This document shows, piece after piece, positions 16,809 to 26,679 of a stretch of DNA of 32,000 bases (the stretch's first letter is position 1; each line of letters begins with the position of its first letter). The notes under the pieces were generated by a model. The model was not told the origin of the DNA and ran no database searches. It saw only the letters and a program-made list of their open reading frames with translations. Position numbers and translations under genes: made by a program. Source of the stretch: Candidatus Electrothrix sp. GW3-4. GTDB lineage: Bacteria > Desulfobacterota > Desulfobulbia > Desulfobulbales > Desulfobulbaceae. The stretch spans positions 3,420,001 to 3,452,000 of the forward strand of contig NZ_CP147990.1 in the NCBI RefSeq assembly GCF_037902255.1, in the 5' to 3' direction.

Positions 16809-19800
16809 ATGCGTCGTTTTTTCAGATTTATTCTCAAACTCTTTTTTTTCTTCTCTTTCTTAGGGCTACTTACCGCTGCTGGCGCCTTAGGCTGGGTCTA
16901 TTATCTGGTGACAGAGGTTCCCTGTCCAGAAATGACCCCAGAAAACATCTCCTCAATTCTGGGCCGGGAAAGCCCTGTTTATTATCGGGACGGGAAAGAA
17001 AAAATCGGCGTACTCTTTGAAGATATCCATCGCCAATACCTCAAATACGATCAGATTCCGGAAAAATTCATTAATGCCATTGTTGCAGCTGAAGACGATC
17101 AGTTCTTCAATCATTACGGTATTGATTTTTACGGAATTACCCGGGCGATGGTTGCCAATTTCAAGGCTGGCCGCATTGTCCAGGGGGGAAGTACCATCAC
17201 CCAACAAACAGCAAAAAACCTTTTTAAACGGGAATCACGCAGCTATGAGGCAAAACTCAAAGAGATGCTCTTTGCTCTCCGACTGGAGTATCGCTTTTCA
17301 AAAGAACAGATCCTTGAATTCTACTGCAACCAATTTTATGTCAGCGGCAATGGGCATGGTTTGGGTGTTGCGGCCCGATACTACTTCAACAAAGAACCCA
17401 ACGAACTGACCTTACTGGAGGCGGCGTTCATTGCGGGCTCAGTGAAGCAACCAAATTTTTACAATCCGTTTATAAAACAAGACAAGGTCTCCACCTTAAA
17501 GGCCCGATTACGGGCCGAGGAACGGGCAGAATATGTCCTGAGGAATATGCTCAAACTGGGCATGATCAGTCAGGCCGAATATAACGCTGCTGTTAAGGAC
17601 GATATCATGTTTAATCGTGGCAAAACCCGCTTTGCCCTGAATACAATTATGGACCTGGTCAAAGAAGGCCTGGAGTCTGAGGTAATCACCAATGCCTTAA
17701 CACAGCACGGGATTGACAATATCTCTACCTCTGGAGCCCGGATTATCAGCACGGTTGACCATGCCTTACAGACCGAAAGCTTATACAGTCTCCGCCGTGA
17801 TCTTTCCCGCCTTGATGTCCGCCTCCGTGGTTATAATAGAGAAGAAGTCCAACAGGAATATAAGGACCAGAGGGGAGACAGAGAAATCACCCAAAAAGGT
17901 TTTCTTTTCGGCACGATTAAAGAAATTGACACGACAGATCCTGAGCAACCAATTATCTCTGTAAGCTTTGGCGCCAAACGCCCAGAAGGTTTTATTGACC
18001 GCCCAGGGTTGGAACGGATGCTCGTGGCCCTTGTCAAGTATCGCAAACAACGTTGGGCAAAGCCCGAGAAAAAAGACCTGGAGGACCTGCTCGCTCGCCT
18101 CCAGCCTGACGATAAAATTTACGTCAGTGTCAGGGAGATTGATTTCTTTGACGGAACGCCGACCTTGGATCTGGAACGTTACCCCAAGCTGCAAGGAGCT
18201 GCTCTGGTTATGCAGCAGGGCATGATTCGCGCTATGGCAGGTGGCATGGAAAACCGCTTCTTCAACCGGGCCGTTGCCGCAAAACGCCTGATGGGCTCCA
18301 CCTTCAAACCTTTCTTATTTGCCGCAGCCCTGCAACTCGGCTGGAGCCCCCTGGATAAGCTTGATAACCAAAGAAACGTCTTTCTCTTCCAGGGAGAACC
18401 GTATTTTCCCCGACCAGACCATAAAAGCCCTTTTCACCACGTCTCTCTCAGCTGGGCTGGGGTAAAATCGGAAAACGTGGCAGCTGTCTGGTTACTGTAT
18501 CATCTCACAGACCGCCTTAATCCAGCACAACTCCAAGAACTGGCTCGTTTTCTTGACATGGCTCCCAGAGTCAAGGGAGAAAAAAAAGAAACCTACCAAC
18601 AATTCAGTCGCCGCATGCGTGATAGATTCGGCATCCGTATCACCTCTGGAGCCCTTGACCGGGCTGCCTATGAACTGGCAGTTCGAAGATTGGAGGCTGA
18701 CTTCTTGTTTGATGGACGGGCCCAAGAATATCGCCAATGGAAAAGAACCCACTATGGACTTAACTTTTCAAAAATTCGATCAGCAATCTATCAGGATCTC
18801 AAAAAGAAAAACCTTGAGGCCCGTCAACGATCAGAAGATTGGAGCCGCATCTCCATGCTCTATGGGAACTATCTCCAATTAAAAAAAGTTGGACAGGCAT
18901 TACAGAAATATCATCAATACATTGAACAGCTTCCCTCATGGTTTGGCAATCCTTTTGCTTTCTTCAACCAACAGCCCCCCGAAGAGCCCAAGAGTGAACG
19001 GCCAGCCGGAGCCCTTGTTGAAAACCCCAAAGGACAGCTCATCTATACCATGAGAAGTAAATTGCCAGAAGACTGGCAGCCGGTCAGCGAATTCACCCTG
19101 CGCCAGCGCTTGGCCAGGCTCTTTCCAGCTGAAAAAGAGGGTCTATGGGATAATGTCCTTTTAGAAGGCAGGGTCAGTGCTGCGAGCCTGAAAATGATTG
19201 AGCGCCAAATGCAGGTGGAACGAACGGCCTTGGCAGCACATAAAAACTATTCAATGCCTGTGCTTACCGCTCTCTCCGATTACAAGGTCATGCTCGGTCT
19301 GCAATATCTGATACGCCTTGCCCAGGAATGTGGAATTTCGAGCCGACTTGACCCTGTTCTCTCTTTCCCTCTGGGCTCCAATGTTATCTCTCTTCTCGAG
19401 GCAGTGGGCATGTACGAAACACTGGTAACTGGTAAAAATTACTCCGTTCACCTCCCAGCGCATGAAGACGACAAGGAAACAGAAAATGAAACGGTTAAGC
19501 AACAAGATGGGCTCGCCATCATAGAACAGATTGTAGGGGCAGATGGCGAAATTATTTATGCGAAAAAAACAGCTGCCACTCCTGTAGTCGACCAAAAAAC
19601 AAGCAATGAAATAAAGAGCATTCTCCATAATGTCATCAGGTACGGAACAGGGCGCTATGCCCTGAAAAATGTTCGTTTGGAGAGTACGGATGATGAACGA
19701 AATGCCAAATTACAGCAATTAGACCTTGCCCTCCCCCTTATGGGGAAAACCGGCACAGCAAATGAATTTCGTAACGCTGCTTTTCTCGGATATGTCCCCA

Positions 19801-20225
19801 CGAAAACGGGAGAGGAAGGAAGACTGCTTCTGACCGAAGAAGGGTATACCGTCGGTGTGTATGTTGGCTTTGACGACAACGATCCTATGAAAAAAGGTTC
19901 CACCCATATCAGCGGCTCACAAGGTGCCCTGCCAACCTGGAGCACAATTGCTGAATCCCTGTACAGCCTTGAAGGCGTTGCTGACCGCTTAGACCCTGTT
20001 GACCTCGCCTTTGATGGTATTTCCTTGAAGTACCCGGACACCGGACAATATTTCATCCCGGTACAACATAAGAATGGAGGAATTCAAAGCGGGAGGAGTG
20101 CAGGAGAACGGACAACTATCACACCGAACAGGCCTGTTGTCTTAGGACACGGGAAAGTGGAAAAAAATAGTGTTTTTACAGTAGAACGTCGTTTCATCCC
20201 GTTTTGGCTTAACCAACAGCCCTAA
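16809..20225 (+). CDS. Class A penicillin-binding protein (GT51 glycosyltransferase + transpeptidase), unusually long at 1138 aa
   Basis: It has an N-terminal TM anchor. GT51 motifs are EDDQFFNHYGID and GGSTITQQ. Transpeptidase motifs are STFK (about aa 497), SEN (about aa 554) and KTG (about aa 980). Confidence 0.9.
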   Translation: MRRFFRFILKLFFFFSFLGLLTAAGALGWVYYLVTEVPCPEMTPENISSILGRESPVYYRDGKEKIGVLFEDIHRQYLKYDQIPEKFINAIVAAEDDQFFNHYGIDFYGITRAMVANFKAGRIVQGGSTITQQTAKNLFKRESRSYEAKLKEMLFALRLEYRFSKEQILEFYCNQFYVSGNGHGLGVAARYYFNKEPNELTLLEAAFIAGSVKQPNFYNPFIKQDKVSTLKARLRAEERAEYVLRNMLKLGMISQAEYNAAVKDDIMFNRGKTRFALNTIMDLVKEGLESEVITNALTQHGIDNISTSGARIISTVDHALQTESLYSLRRDLSRLDVRLRGYNREEVQQEYKDQRGDREITQKGFLFGTIKEIDTTDPEQPIISVSFGAKRPEGFIDRPGLERMLVALVKYRKQRWAKPEKKDLEDLLARLQPDDKIYVSVREIDFFDGTPTLDLERYPKLQGAALVMQQGMIRAMAGGMENRFFNRAVAAKRLMGSTFKPFLFAAALQLGWSPLDKLDNQRNVFLFQGEPYFPRPDHKSPFHHVSLSWAGVKSENVAAVWLLYHLTDRLNPAQLQELARFLDMAPRVKGEKKETYQQFSRRMRDRFGIRITSGALDRAAYELAVRRLEADFLFDGRAQEYRQWKRTHYGLNFSKIRSAIYQDLKKKNLEARQRSEDWSRISMLYGNYLQLKKVGQALQKYHQYIEQLPSWFGNPFAFFNQQPPEEPKSERPAGALVENPKGQLIYTMRSKLPEDWQPVSEFTLRQRLARLFPAEKEGLWDNVLLEGRVSAASLKMIERQMQVERTALAAHKNYSMPVLTALSDYKVMLGLQYLIRLAQECGISSRLDPVLSFPLGSNVISLLEAVGMYETLVTGKNYSVHLPAHEDDKETENETVKQQDGLAIIEQIVGADGEIIYAKKTAATPVVDQKTSNEIKSILHNVIRYGTGRYALKNVRLESTDDERNAKLQQLDLALPLMGKTGTANEFRNAAFLGYVPTKTGEEGRLLLTEEGYTVGVYVGFDDNDPMKKGSTHISGSQGALPTWSTIAESLYSLEGVADRLDPVDLAFDGISLKYPDTGQYFIPVQHKNGGIQSGRSAGERTTITPNRPVVLGHGKVEKNSVFTVERRFIPFWLNQQP

Positions 20226-20516
20226 CGAAACACTGCAAGGAGAGGTGCCTATGAATCGGCCTGGCAAGAAGGGCAGGACAGGGCGATGACGTTTTTTTCT
20301 GTGCTGAAGAAAAAAGGAATTGTACAGACTCCCGTTTTCTGATAGCTTTCCTAGGTGGTAACAGTCTTCAGCGTCAGAAATCAGCAATAATAGCCCTGCC
20401 CTTTCTCCCGCATTCCCGACCAAAAACAAGGTCGGCATCAGCGGCTAACAGGATCTAATTACAAAGAATTATCCAAGCTATAACAGCTTAACCCTCTTAC
20501 AACGAAAAAAAAGAAA

Positions 20517-22349
20517 ATGTATATTTCGTCTATCTCCTTGAGTCTCAATCTCAAACTGCTGCTACTAGGAGTGGCGTCAGCATTGATTCTTTCCGGATGC
20601 ACAGCCAGCAGAACCAGGGTACAGCCGTACAGGGAAATACCGATAACACCTGAAGCATCGCAGCCCCAGCCCGCTACGCCGCAACAGGGACCTGTTCCAA
20701 CAGGGACACAACCTTATCAGCGAACAGCTCCTTACACACCGCAGGTACGGCACCAAACCCGTTCTTCAGCAGAACAACGCGCCTATAATAGGCAAGTATT
20801 ACAGCCTATACGCGTAACTGTTCGGGGCAGAGTTTCCTTCTATGCGCAGCGTACAAAATCCTGGCAGGAACTGGAGCAAGCAAGATCCCGTTATCGCACT
20901 CCTGAGCAATCCAGAAAACTTATTTCCTGCCAGAGCAAGGTCTCTGCCTTGCATGATGCATATACAGAATTACAAATTCAGCTCTTCAACGATCGCAATA
21001 TCGGGGATTCTCATGAGAAGATCATTGTGACCCTGCAACATCTGCAAAACAGAGATTTTGCCTATCTTGAAGGAGAATGTCCGGCCTTATTCAAACAACT
21101 CTCGGCAGCTCCTGAACAGATTGTTAATGCACCAATGACAGGCCTGACTGATCTCACGAATTCTCCACAAACCCGAACGCGATACGGGCAACCCGTGAGC
21201 AGCCCCGATACAGACCTGCTCTCTTTAACCGAACCAACACCAAATTATGAGGAAAGGTATCAGTACGCCCAATCCTTACTCAAGCAAGACAGAGAACAGG
21301 AGGCCCGACGCATTCTCAGTGATCTGCTGGCCAGTGTCCGACAAACAGGTAATAGAACCCTCCAGATAAAAATACTGCAAAAAATATCAGCGCTTGAGTT
21401 TGCTCTAAGAAACTACCTGCCCGCAAGAATATTGTATGAAGAACTTCAGCAGCTCAATGCCCCTTTTGCCAAACAACATCTGGCGGCCTTACAGTCTGTC
21501 AACTCCCAGCGAGAAAAGGTTGACGCCTACGCCGCCTTGCTTCTGAGCTCGATGACATCCAATCCTGAACAGGATGGATTCACCGTGGTTCAGCAGGCCC
21601 GTGCCTTTCTCCAAAACTATCCCAGTTCGCCCCTTCATACCAATGTTGAAAAGATGGCAACAACGGCGGAACAAGAGGCAGAACAATGGTTCCAGGGACT
21701 TCTGCGAACATTCGACAGGTTGGTAGCAAATCAACAACGCAAAGACGCCTTGGCCTTACTGGAAAAAGTGCCGCTTGATATACTTCCTCTGGATAAACAG
21801 GAAATCATACAACAGAGAAAAAACGCTCTGACAACGCCTGTGCCAGTGCAATCGAACAGTGCTCCAACCTCCACGACACCTGTCGTTGAGCAGCCTCCAC
21901 AGCCTGAGCCGCCTGCACAACAGGAAAGAACCCGTTCATCTGTGAACAAGGAAAAACCATCAAGCCCTCCTAAACAGACTGCTGATACAGTGTTACAAAA
22001 AAAATGGGACAAGGCTGAGGAGGCCTTCCAGGCCACAGAGTATGATAAGGCTCTCGCCCTGTTCTCGGAGTTGCTGACCACCCCGTTGGCTGCAACGGCA
22101 CGGCAAAGAATGGAAAAGGCCTCACTGGCAGCTGGCCAGGAGGCACGGAGAAAAGCTGCAAACTTCTTTCAACGTGCAAACAGTGCAACAGATCCCAAGG
22201 TCAGAAAGCAACACCTCCTTTCTTCCAAAACGCTTCTTGAAGATATCCTGCAAAAATATCCCCTTGCCGGACTGGATGCAAAGGTAAAACGAAACCTCAG
22301 CCGTGTTGATAAGGAACTCGCCGCTCTTGACCACGCACCGTTTGAATGA
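20517..22349 (+). CDS. Lipoprotein with a Pro/Gln-rich linker and TPR-like helical repeats (function unknown)
   Basis: It has a lipobox (ALILSGC) and P/Q-rich low-complexity segments. Helical repeat-like stretches include YQYAQSLLKQDREQEARRILSDLL and WDKAEEAFQATEYDKALALFSELL. Confidence 0.7.
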   Translation: MYISSISLSLNLKLLLLGVASALILSGCTASRTRVQPYREIPITPEASQPQPATPQQGPVPTGTQPYQRTAPYTPQVRHQTRSSAEQRAYNRQVLQPIRVTVRGRVSFYAQRTKSWQELEQARSRYRTPEQSRKLISCQSKVSALHDAYTELQIQLFNDRNIGDSHEKIIVTLQHLQNRDFAYLEGECPALFKQLSAAPEQIVNAPMTGLTDLTNSPQTRTRYGQPVSSPDTDLLSLTEPTPNYEERYQYAQSLLKQDREQEARRILSDLLASVRQTGNRTLQIKILQKISALEFALRNYLPARILYEELQQLNAPFAKQHLAALQSVNSQREKVDAYAALLLSSMTSNPEQDGFTVVQQARAFLQNYPSSPLHTNVEKMATTAEQEAEQWFQGLLRTFDRLVANQQRKDALALLEKVPLDILPLDKQEIIQQRKNALTTPVPVQSNSAPTSTTPVVEQPPQPEPPAQQERTRSSVNKEKPSSPPKQTADTVLQKKWDKAEEAFQATEYDKALALFSELLTTPLAATARQRMEKASLAAGQEARRKAANFFQRANSATDPKVRKQHLLSSKTLLEDILQKYPLAGLDAKVKRNLSRVDKELAALDHAPFE

Positions 22350-22476
22350 GTTTGAAGATTGTATTGGAGCAGTTGCTAGCGCCTTCAGTGTATCCTCCAG
22401 GGTATTCTAAGGCTCAGAACAGACAATGCGGGAAATCAGGGAAAAACTTTTTATAACTAATAGGAGTTAGGTCATT

Positions 22477-23289
22477 ATGAACAATATCTTAAACAAAAAT
22501 TCTCTTATCGGAGCACTGATCATCCTTTTACTGTTGACCTCTTGGTGGGGGCAGAGCCAAACCGGCGCCAACAAGCAGCTTAGAAAAGACAAAGAGGCTG
22601 CTGAGGCGCTGTTGGCTACAGAAGAAGCAAAGGCGGCCAATACTCGTCAAGCATTACAGGAAAAAACCGCAGCGCTGAGCAATGCTGAAGAAAAATTGAA
22701 CAAGAAAGAGCAGAACATTCAACGCCTCGGAAAAGAGCTTTCTACCCAAAAAGCCGCGCTGGCTACCTTTGAGAAAGAAGAGAAAATCCTTCTTAAAAAA
22801 ATTAAAGAGCTGGATTTTTCATTAAATAAAGCAAGGACTCAACAGGAACAGGCAGGCTCTCAGCAGCAAAATCTGCAAGAGTTTCCTAACAGCCATCAGG
22901 AGACTCTGGTAAAATTAGAAAAAGCTCAGGCCCAAGTCGCCCAGCTCGAAAAAGAACAGGCAGAGCTCAAAACAGAGACAGAGGCCCGGATTGCCCAGCT
23001 CCAGAAAAAAGAGGGTGAAGCAGCAACAGAGGTTGAATCTCTTAGCGCTCAAGTCATTGGCTTTGAAAAGGTTGTTGAGGAAAGAAATGCAGCACTTGCA
23101 GAGCTCGGAAGCGAGTTGGATGCCTGCAAGGTCAATACAAAGGTCCTGCTCTCCAAAATTTCAGAACAGGAAAACGCACAGCAGGGTATGGAAGAAAAAA
23201 TGCGTCTCATGGTGCAGAATCTCTCTGAAGAATCCGCGCATGAGGAAACCATTCCTGAGCAGAAAGAGCAGCCCACTGACGCGGAATAA
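22477..23289 (+). CDS. Membrane-anchored coiled-coil protein (function unknown)
   Basis: AGGAG lies upstream of the ATG. A single N-terminal TM segment (LIGALIILLLLTSWW) is followed by about 240 aa of E/K/Q/A-rich heptad-like sequence. Confidence 0.65.
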   Translation: MNNILNKNSLIGALIILLLLTSWWGQSQTGANKQLRKDKEAAEALLATEEAKAANTRQALQEKTAALSNAEEKLNKKEQNIQRLGKELSTQKAALATFEKEEKILLKKIKELDFSLNKARTQQEQAGSQQQNLQEFPNSHQETLVKLEKAQAQVAQLEKEQAELKTETEARIAQLQKKEGEAATEVESLSAQVIGFEKVVEERNAALAELGSELDACKVNTKVLLSKISEQENAQQGMEEKMRLMVQNLSEESAHEETIPEQKEQPTDAE

Positions 23290-23342
23290 CACCTCCTGCT
23301 TCTAGCGGATCAATAAAGTCGATCTCAGCCCGACGGACATGA

Positions 23343-23397
23343 AGGCTCAGGCTGTGCAGATAAAAATATCCTGCACAGTCTGAGCCTCTTTGTTGTT
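23343..23397 (+). terminator. Strong intrinsic terminator after the coiled-coil gene
   Basis: A 17-bp stem pairs AGGCTCAGGCTGTGCAG (23343-23359) with CTGCACAGTCTGAGCCT (23371-23387), with one G-T pair and an 11-nt loop. The tail is CTTTGTTGTT. Confidence 0.8.
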
Positions 23398-23467
23398 ACC
23401 CTGCTTCAGCAAAGTGGATGCAGGAAGAGACTTCCGTTAGTTCGTTTTTTGTATCTCGGAGGCGTAT

Positions 23468-23998
23468 GTGCAGACAATAGCAGACTGCCTTTCTTCACTC
23501 TACACGCTCACCTTTGCAAACGCCCATGTTTGGGGTTTACTGGCGACCCTGCCCTTTCTCATTGGAGGACTGGTAGGGACTGTTTTTCCTGCCCTTCCAG
23601 GGACAGTGCTGATCCTGGTCGGCTTTCTGGTCTACGGATCGATCACAGGATTCGACAGCTTATCAGTCGGGTTCTTTGTCGGTCAGATGGTCTTGGTCGC
23701 CCTGAGTTACCTCATTGAATTTTTTGCCACCGCTTTTGGGGTAAAAATGTTCGGTGGTTCAAAGGCGGCGGCCTGGGGTGCTGTACTCGGCTCTTTGCTG
23801 ATCTTTGTCCTTGGACCTATCGGCATCATTGTCGGCCCCTTACTGGGAGCCATCGCCGGAGAGCTGATCATGGAAGAACAGATTAAACAGGCCTTGCATT
23901 CCGGTGTTGGTTCCTTTCTTGGTTTCATGGGAGGGGTGATTGCTAACCTGGTTATTTCCGGCCTGATGATTGCCTGGTTTGTTTGGCAGCTACTGTAA
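23468..23998 (+). CDS. DUF456-like small polytopic membrane protein
   Basis: GTG start with GGAGG 5 nt upstream. The protein has 4-5 hydrophobic segments and the FPALPGTVLILVGFLVYG motif that I associate with DUF456. Confidence 0.55.
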   Translation: MQTIADCLSSLYTLTFANAHVWGLLATLPFLIGGLVGTVFPALPGTVLILVGFLVYGSITGFDSLSVGFFVGQMVLVALSYLIEFFATAFGVKMFGGSKAAAWGAVLGSLLIFVLGPIGIIVGPLLGAIAGELIMEEQIKQALHSGVGSFLGFMGGVIANLVISGLMIAWFVWQLL

Positions 23999-24084
23999 CA
24001 TACCGTAACAATATGCTGTCGTTTTCTTTCTCTCTCTTTTAACGTATAACTGAAGCAACAACGCACCTGCTCACCACTTTAACC

Positions 24085-26550
24085 ATGGGAAAAACACTCA
24101 TCATCGCAGAGAAACCCAGCGTGGCCGCTGACATCGTCAAGGCCCTGCCTGGCAACTTCAAAAAATCCAAAACCCATTTCGAGGGTGGCGATTATATCGT
24201 CTCCTATGCGGTCGGTCATCTTGTCTCCATTGGATTCCCCGAAGAGATTGACCCAAAATTTCAAAAATGGACCTTGGACAACCTGCCCATTCTGCCGGAA
24301 GAGTTTCCCCTGAGCGTCCTGTCCAATACCAAGACCCAGTATAACGCCCTGAGTAAGTTGATTCGGCGCAGGGACGTGAATATCATTGTCAACGGCTGTG
24401 ACGCCGGTCGTGAGGGTGAACTCATCTTTAAATACATCCTCAAACACGCCTATACTCGATCTGTGGCCGGAAAATCTATCCGCAGACTCTGGCTCCAGTC
24501 CATGACCTTAGACGCCATTAGGACAGGATTACAAAATCTGCGTGAGAATGAGGAGATGCTGAGCCTTGAAGATGCCGCTCTCTGTCGATCTGAAGCGGAC
24601 TGGCTCATCGGCATCAACGCAACCCGGGCCCTGACCTGCTATAACTCGCGCCACGGTGGATTCCGTAAGACCCCCTGCGGACGGGTCCAGACCCCAACCC
24701 TGTCCCTGCTGGTCAAACGGGAAGCGGACCGGCGTGCCTTTATCCCGACCGATTATTGGGAGCTGCATGCTGATTTCCTTTGCGAAGATGCTGTCTACCA
24801 AGGGATATGGATTGACACGGAGTTTAAAAAAGACCCGGACAATCCCCATGCCAACAAAAAACGCATCTGGGAAGAAACGCAGGCGGCCGAGATCGCAAAA
24901 AAATGCCTCGCTAAAGAGGCAACTGTTGAGGAGAACCATAAAAATTCCAACCAGGCTCCTCCTCAGCTCTACGACCTCACCTCCTTGCAACGTGAAGCCA
25001 ACTCCAGGTTCGGTTTTTCCGCCAAGAACACCTTGGGTCTTGCCCAGGCCCTGTATGAGCGCCATAAGCTGATCACCTATCCCAGAACAGACAGCCGCTG
25101 CCTACCTGAAGATTACTTGCAGTCTGTTCAAGCGGTCCTGGAACGGCAGCAAGGATGGCAATACGGCACATTTGCCACAGAGGCCCTGAGCAAGGACTAT
25201 CTGCAAAAGAACCAAAAGAATAAACGGCTTTTTAATAATAAAAAGATCAGTGATCATTTTGCGATCATCCCCACCTCCGGCCTTCCCGGCACTCTGAGCG
25301 AACCGGAAATGAAGGTCTACCAGATGATCGTGCAGCGCTTCCTTGCTATTCTTTTCCCGGCAGCGGTCTTTCATAACACCCGCCGTCTTTCCATTGTAGA
25401 GCAGGAGACCTTTCTCACAGAAGGCAAGATTCTGGTGGAACCGGGCTGGAAGGCTGTGTATGGGGCAAAAGCCGGGGCCGGTGACGCAAGCACCCTTGTG
25501 GCCCTGCCCGAAGGGAAGCCCGTACTCTGCAAGGAAATAGAGCAGAAAAAGCTTGTCACCAAACCGCCAGCTCGTTTTTCCGAGGCCACCCTGCTCTCAG
25601 CTATGGAGCATTCCGGAAAGCTGGTAGATGACGAGGAACTGGCCGAGGCCATGAAGGAGCGCGGCCTGGGCACCCCGGCCACCCGGGCCGCTATTATTGA
25701 AAAGCTGCTCAATGAAAAATACGTCGTCCGGGAACAAAAAGAACTCATTCCAACGGGTAAGGCCTTTGAGCTGCTCTCTCTGCTGGAAGCGCGGGACATT
25801 GATGTCTTGGCCTCGCCGGAACTGACTGGCGAATGGGAGTACAAGCTCAATCAGATCCTGCGGGGGCAAATGACCCGGGAGCAATTCATGCGGGAGATTC
25901 GGGAGCAGACCGCCAAGATTGTCGAGCAGGTAAAAACCGGCGAGGAAGCGGTTCGCAAGGAGGCCCCCTTCTCTCCGGTTGACGGGGTAAAATTCTTTGA
26001 GAACGCAACCGCCTACCAATCAGAAGACGGCAAGCTGATGATCCGCAAAATTCTTGGGGGCAGGATCATGGAAGACGAGGAGATCGTCCGCCTCATTCAG
26101 GGAGAAACCGTCGGGCCCTATACGGACTTTCGCTCCAAAAAAGGAAAACCTTTTACCGCCTCTGTCTCCATCAAGGACTCCAAGGTCTCTTTTCAATTTG
26201 CCGACTCCACCGATGGCCTTGATATGGAGGCCATTAAACAGCAAGACCCCATCGGCATCTCACCAGTGGACGAGACGAGGGTCTTTGAGACTCCTATGGC
26301 CTATATGTCCGAATCTGCCCTGGAGGGAGATCGGAAAAAAGGCCTGCGCATAGGAAAAATTATCCTGGAACGTACCATCACTCGGGACAATATTGCCCAA
26401 CTCTTGAGCAAGGGAAAGACCGAGTTGATCAAGGGATTTATCTCCAAAAGAAAACGACCCTTTGACGCCTATCTCTGCATGGACAAGAAGGGAAAGATCA
26501 CCTTTGAATTTCCACCGAGAAAACCACGGGCAACAAAAGGGAAAAGTTGA
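24085..26550 (+). CDS. topB: DNA topoisomerase III with duplicated C-terminal repeat domain
   Basis: The Toprim start is KTLIIAEKPSVAADI. The active-site region is LYERHKLITYPRTDS. The C-terminus carries two related modules (GPYTDFRSKKGKPFTASVSIKDSKVSFQF and KGFISKRKRPFDAYLCMDKKGKITFEF). Confidence 0.92.
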   Translation: MGKTLIIAEKPSVAADIVKALPGNFKKSKTHFEGGDYIVSYAVGHLVSIGFPEEIDPKFQKWTLDNLPILPEEFPLSVLSNTKTQYNALSKLIRRRDVNIIVNGCDAGREGELIFKYILKHAYTRSVAGKSIRRLWLQSMTLDAIRTGLQNLRENEEMLSLEDAALCRSEADWLIGINATRALTCYNSRHGGFRKTPCGRVQTPTLSLLVKREADRRAFIPTDYWELHADFLCEDAVYQGIWIDTEFKKDPDNPHANKKRIWEETQAAEIAKKCLAKEATVEENHKNSNQAPPQLYDLTSLQREANSRFGFSAKNTLGLAQALYERHKLITYPRTDSRCLPEDYLQSVQAVLERQQGWQYGTFATEALSKDYLQKNQKNKRLFNNKKISDHFAIIPTSGLPGTLSEPEMKVYQMIVQRFLAILFPAAVFHNTRRLSIVEQETFLTEGKILVEPGWKAVYGAKAGAGDASTLVALPEGKPVLCKEIEQKKLVTKPPARFSEATLLSAMEHSGKLVDDEELAEAMKERGLGTPATRAAIIEKLLNEKYVVREQKELIPTGKAFELLSLLEARDIDVLASPELTGEWEYKLNQILRGQMTREQFMREIREQTAKIVEQVKTGEEAVRKEAPFSPVDGVKFFENATAYQSEDGKLMIRKILGGRIMEDEEIVRLIQGETVGPYTDFRSKKGKPFTASVSIKDSKVSFQFADSTDGLDMEAIKQQDPIGISPVDETRVFETPMAYMSESALEGDRKKGLRIGKIILERTITRDNIAQLLSKGKTELIKGFISKRKRPFDAYLCMDKKGKITFEFPPRKPRATKGKS

Positions 26551-26595
26551 GTCCTCCTGCCAGAGGCCTCCTTTTAACCTCACAAACTTATTTTT

Positions 26596-26679
26596 ACATG
26601 AAAGTAGCGGGTGAGGCATTCAAGTCGCTCGACCAACTTTCATTTTTTATTGTCCCAGCCCGCTGGGATGGAAGTTTAT
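26596..26679 (+). repeat. Copy 1 of an ~85-nt two-hairpin repeat element
   Basis: The outer stem pairs ATGAAAGT (26598-26605) with ACTTTCAT (26636-26643) and encloses an inner hairpin that begins in GCGGGTGA. TTTTTTATTGTCCC follows. The second hairpin is TCCCAG-cccg-CTGGGA (26653-26668), and the tail is TGGAAGTTTATA. Confidence 0.75.

Noticed and set aside
23389-23450. The region after the 23343-23397 terminator considered as a fourth, degenerate copy of the repeat family. It has TTTGTTGT followed by CCCTGC...GCAGG and a GGAAG tail.
   Set aside because: Only the octamer and the general hairpin-tail-hairpin layout are shared. The conserved GAAAGT/CGGGTGA and GGGAT blocks are absent. I treat it as supporting a terminator-like reading of the repeat's first hairpin, not as a family member.
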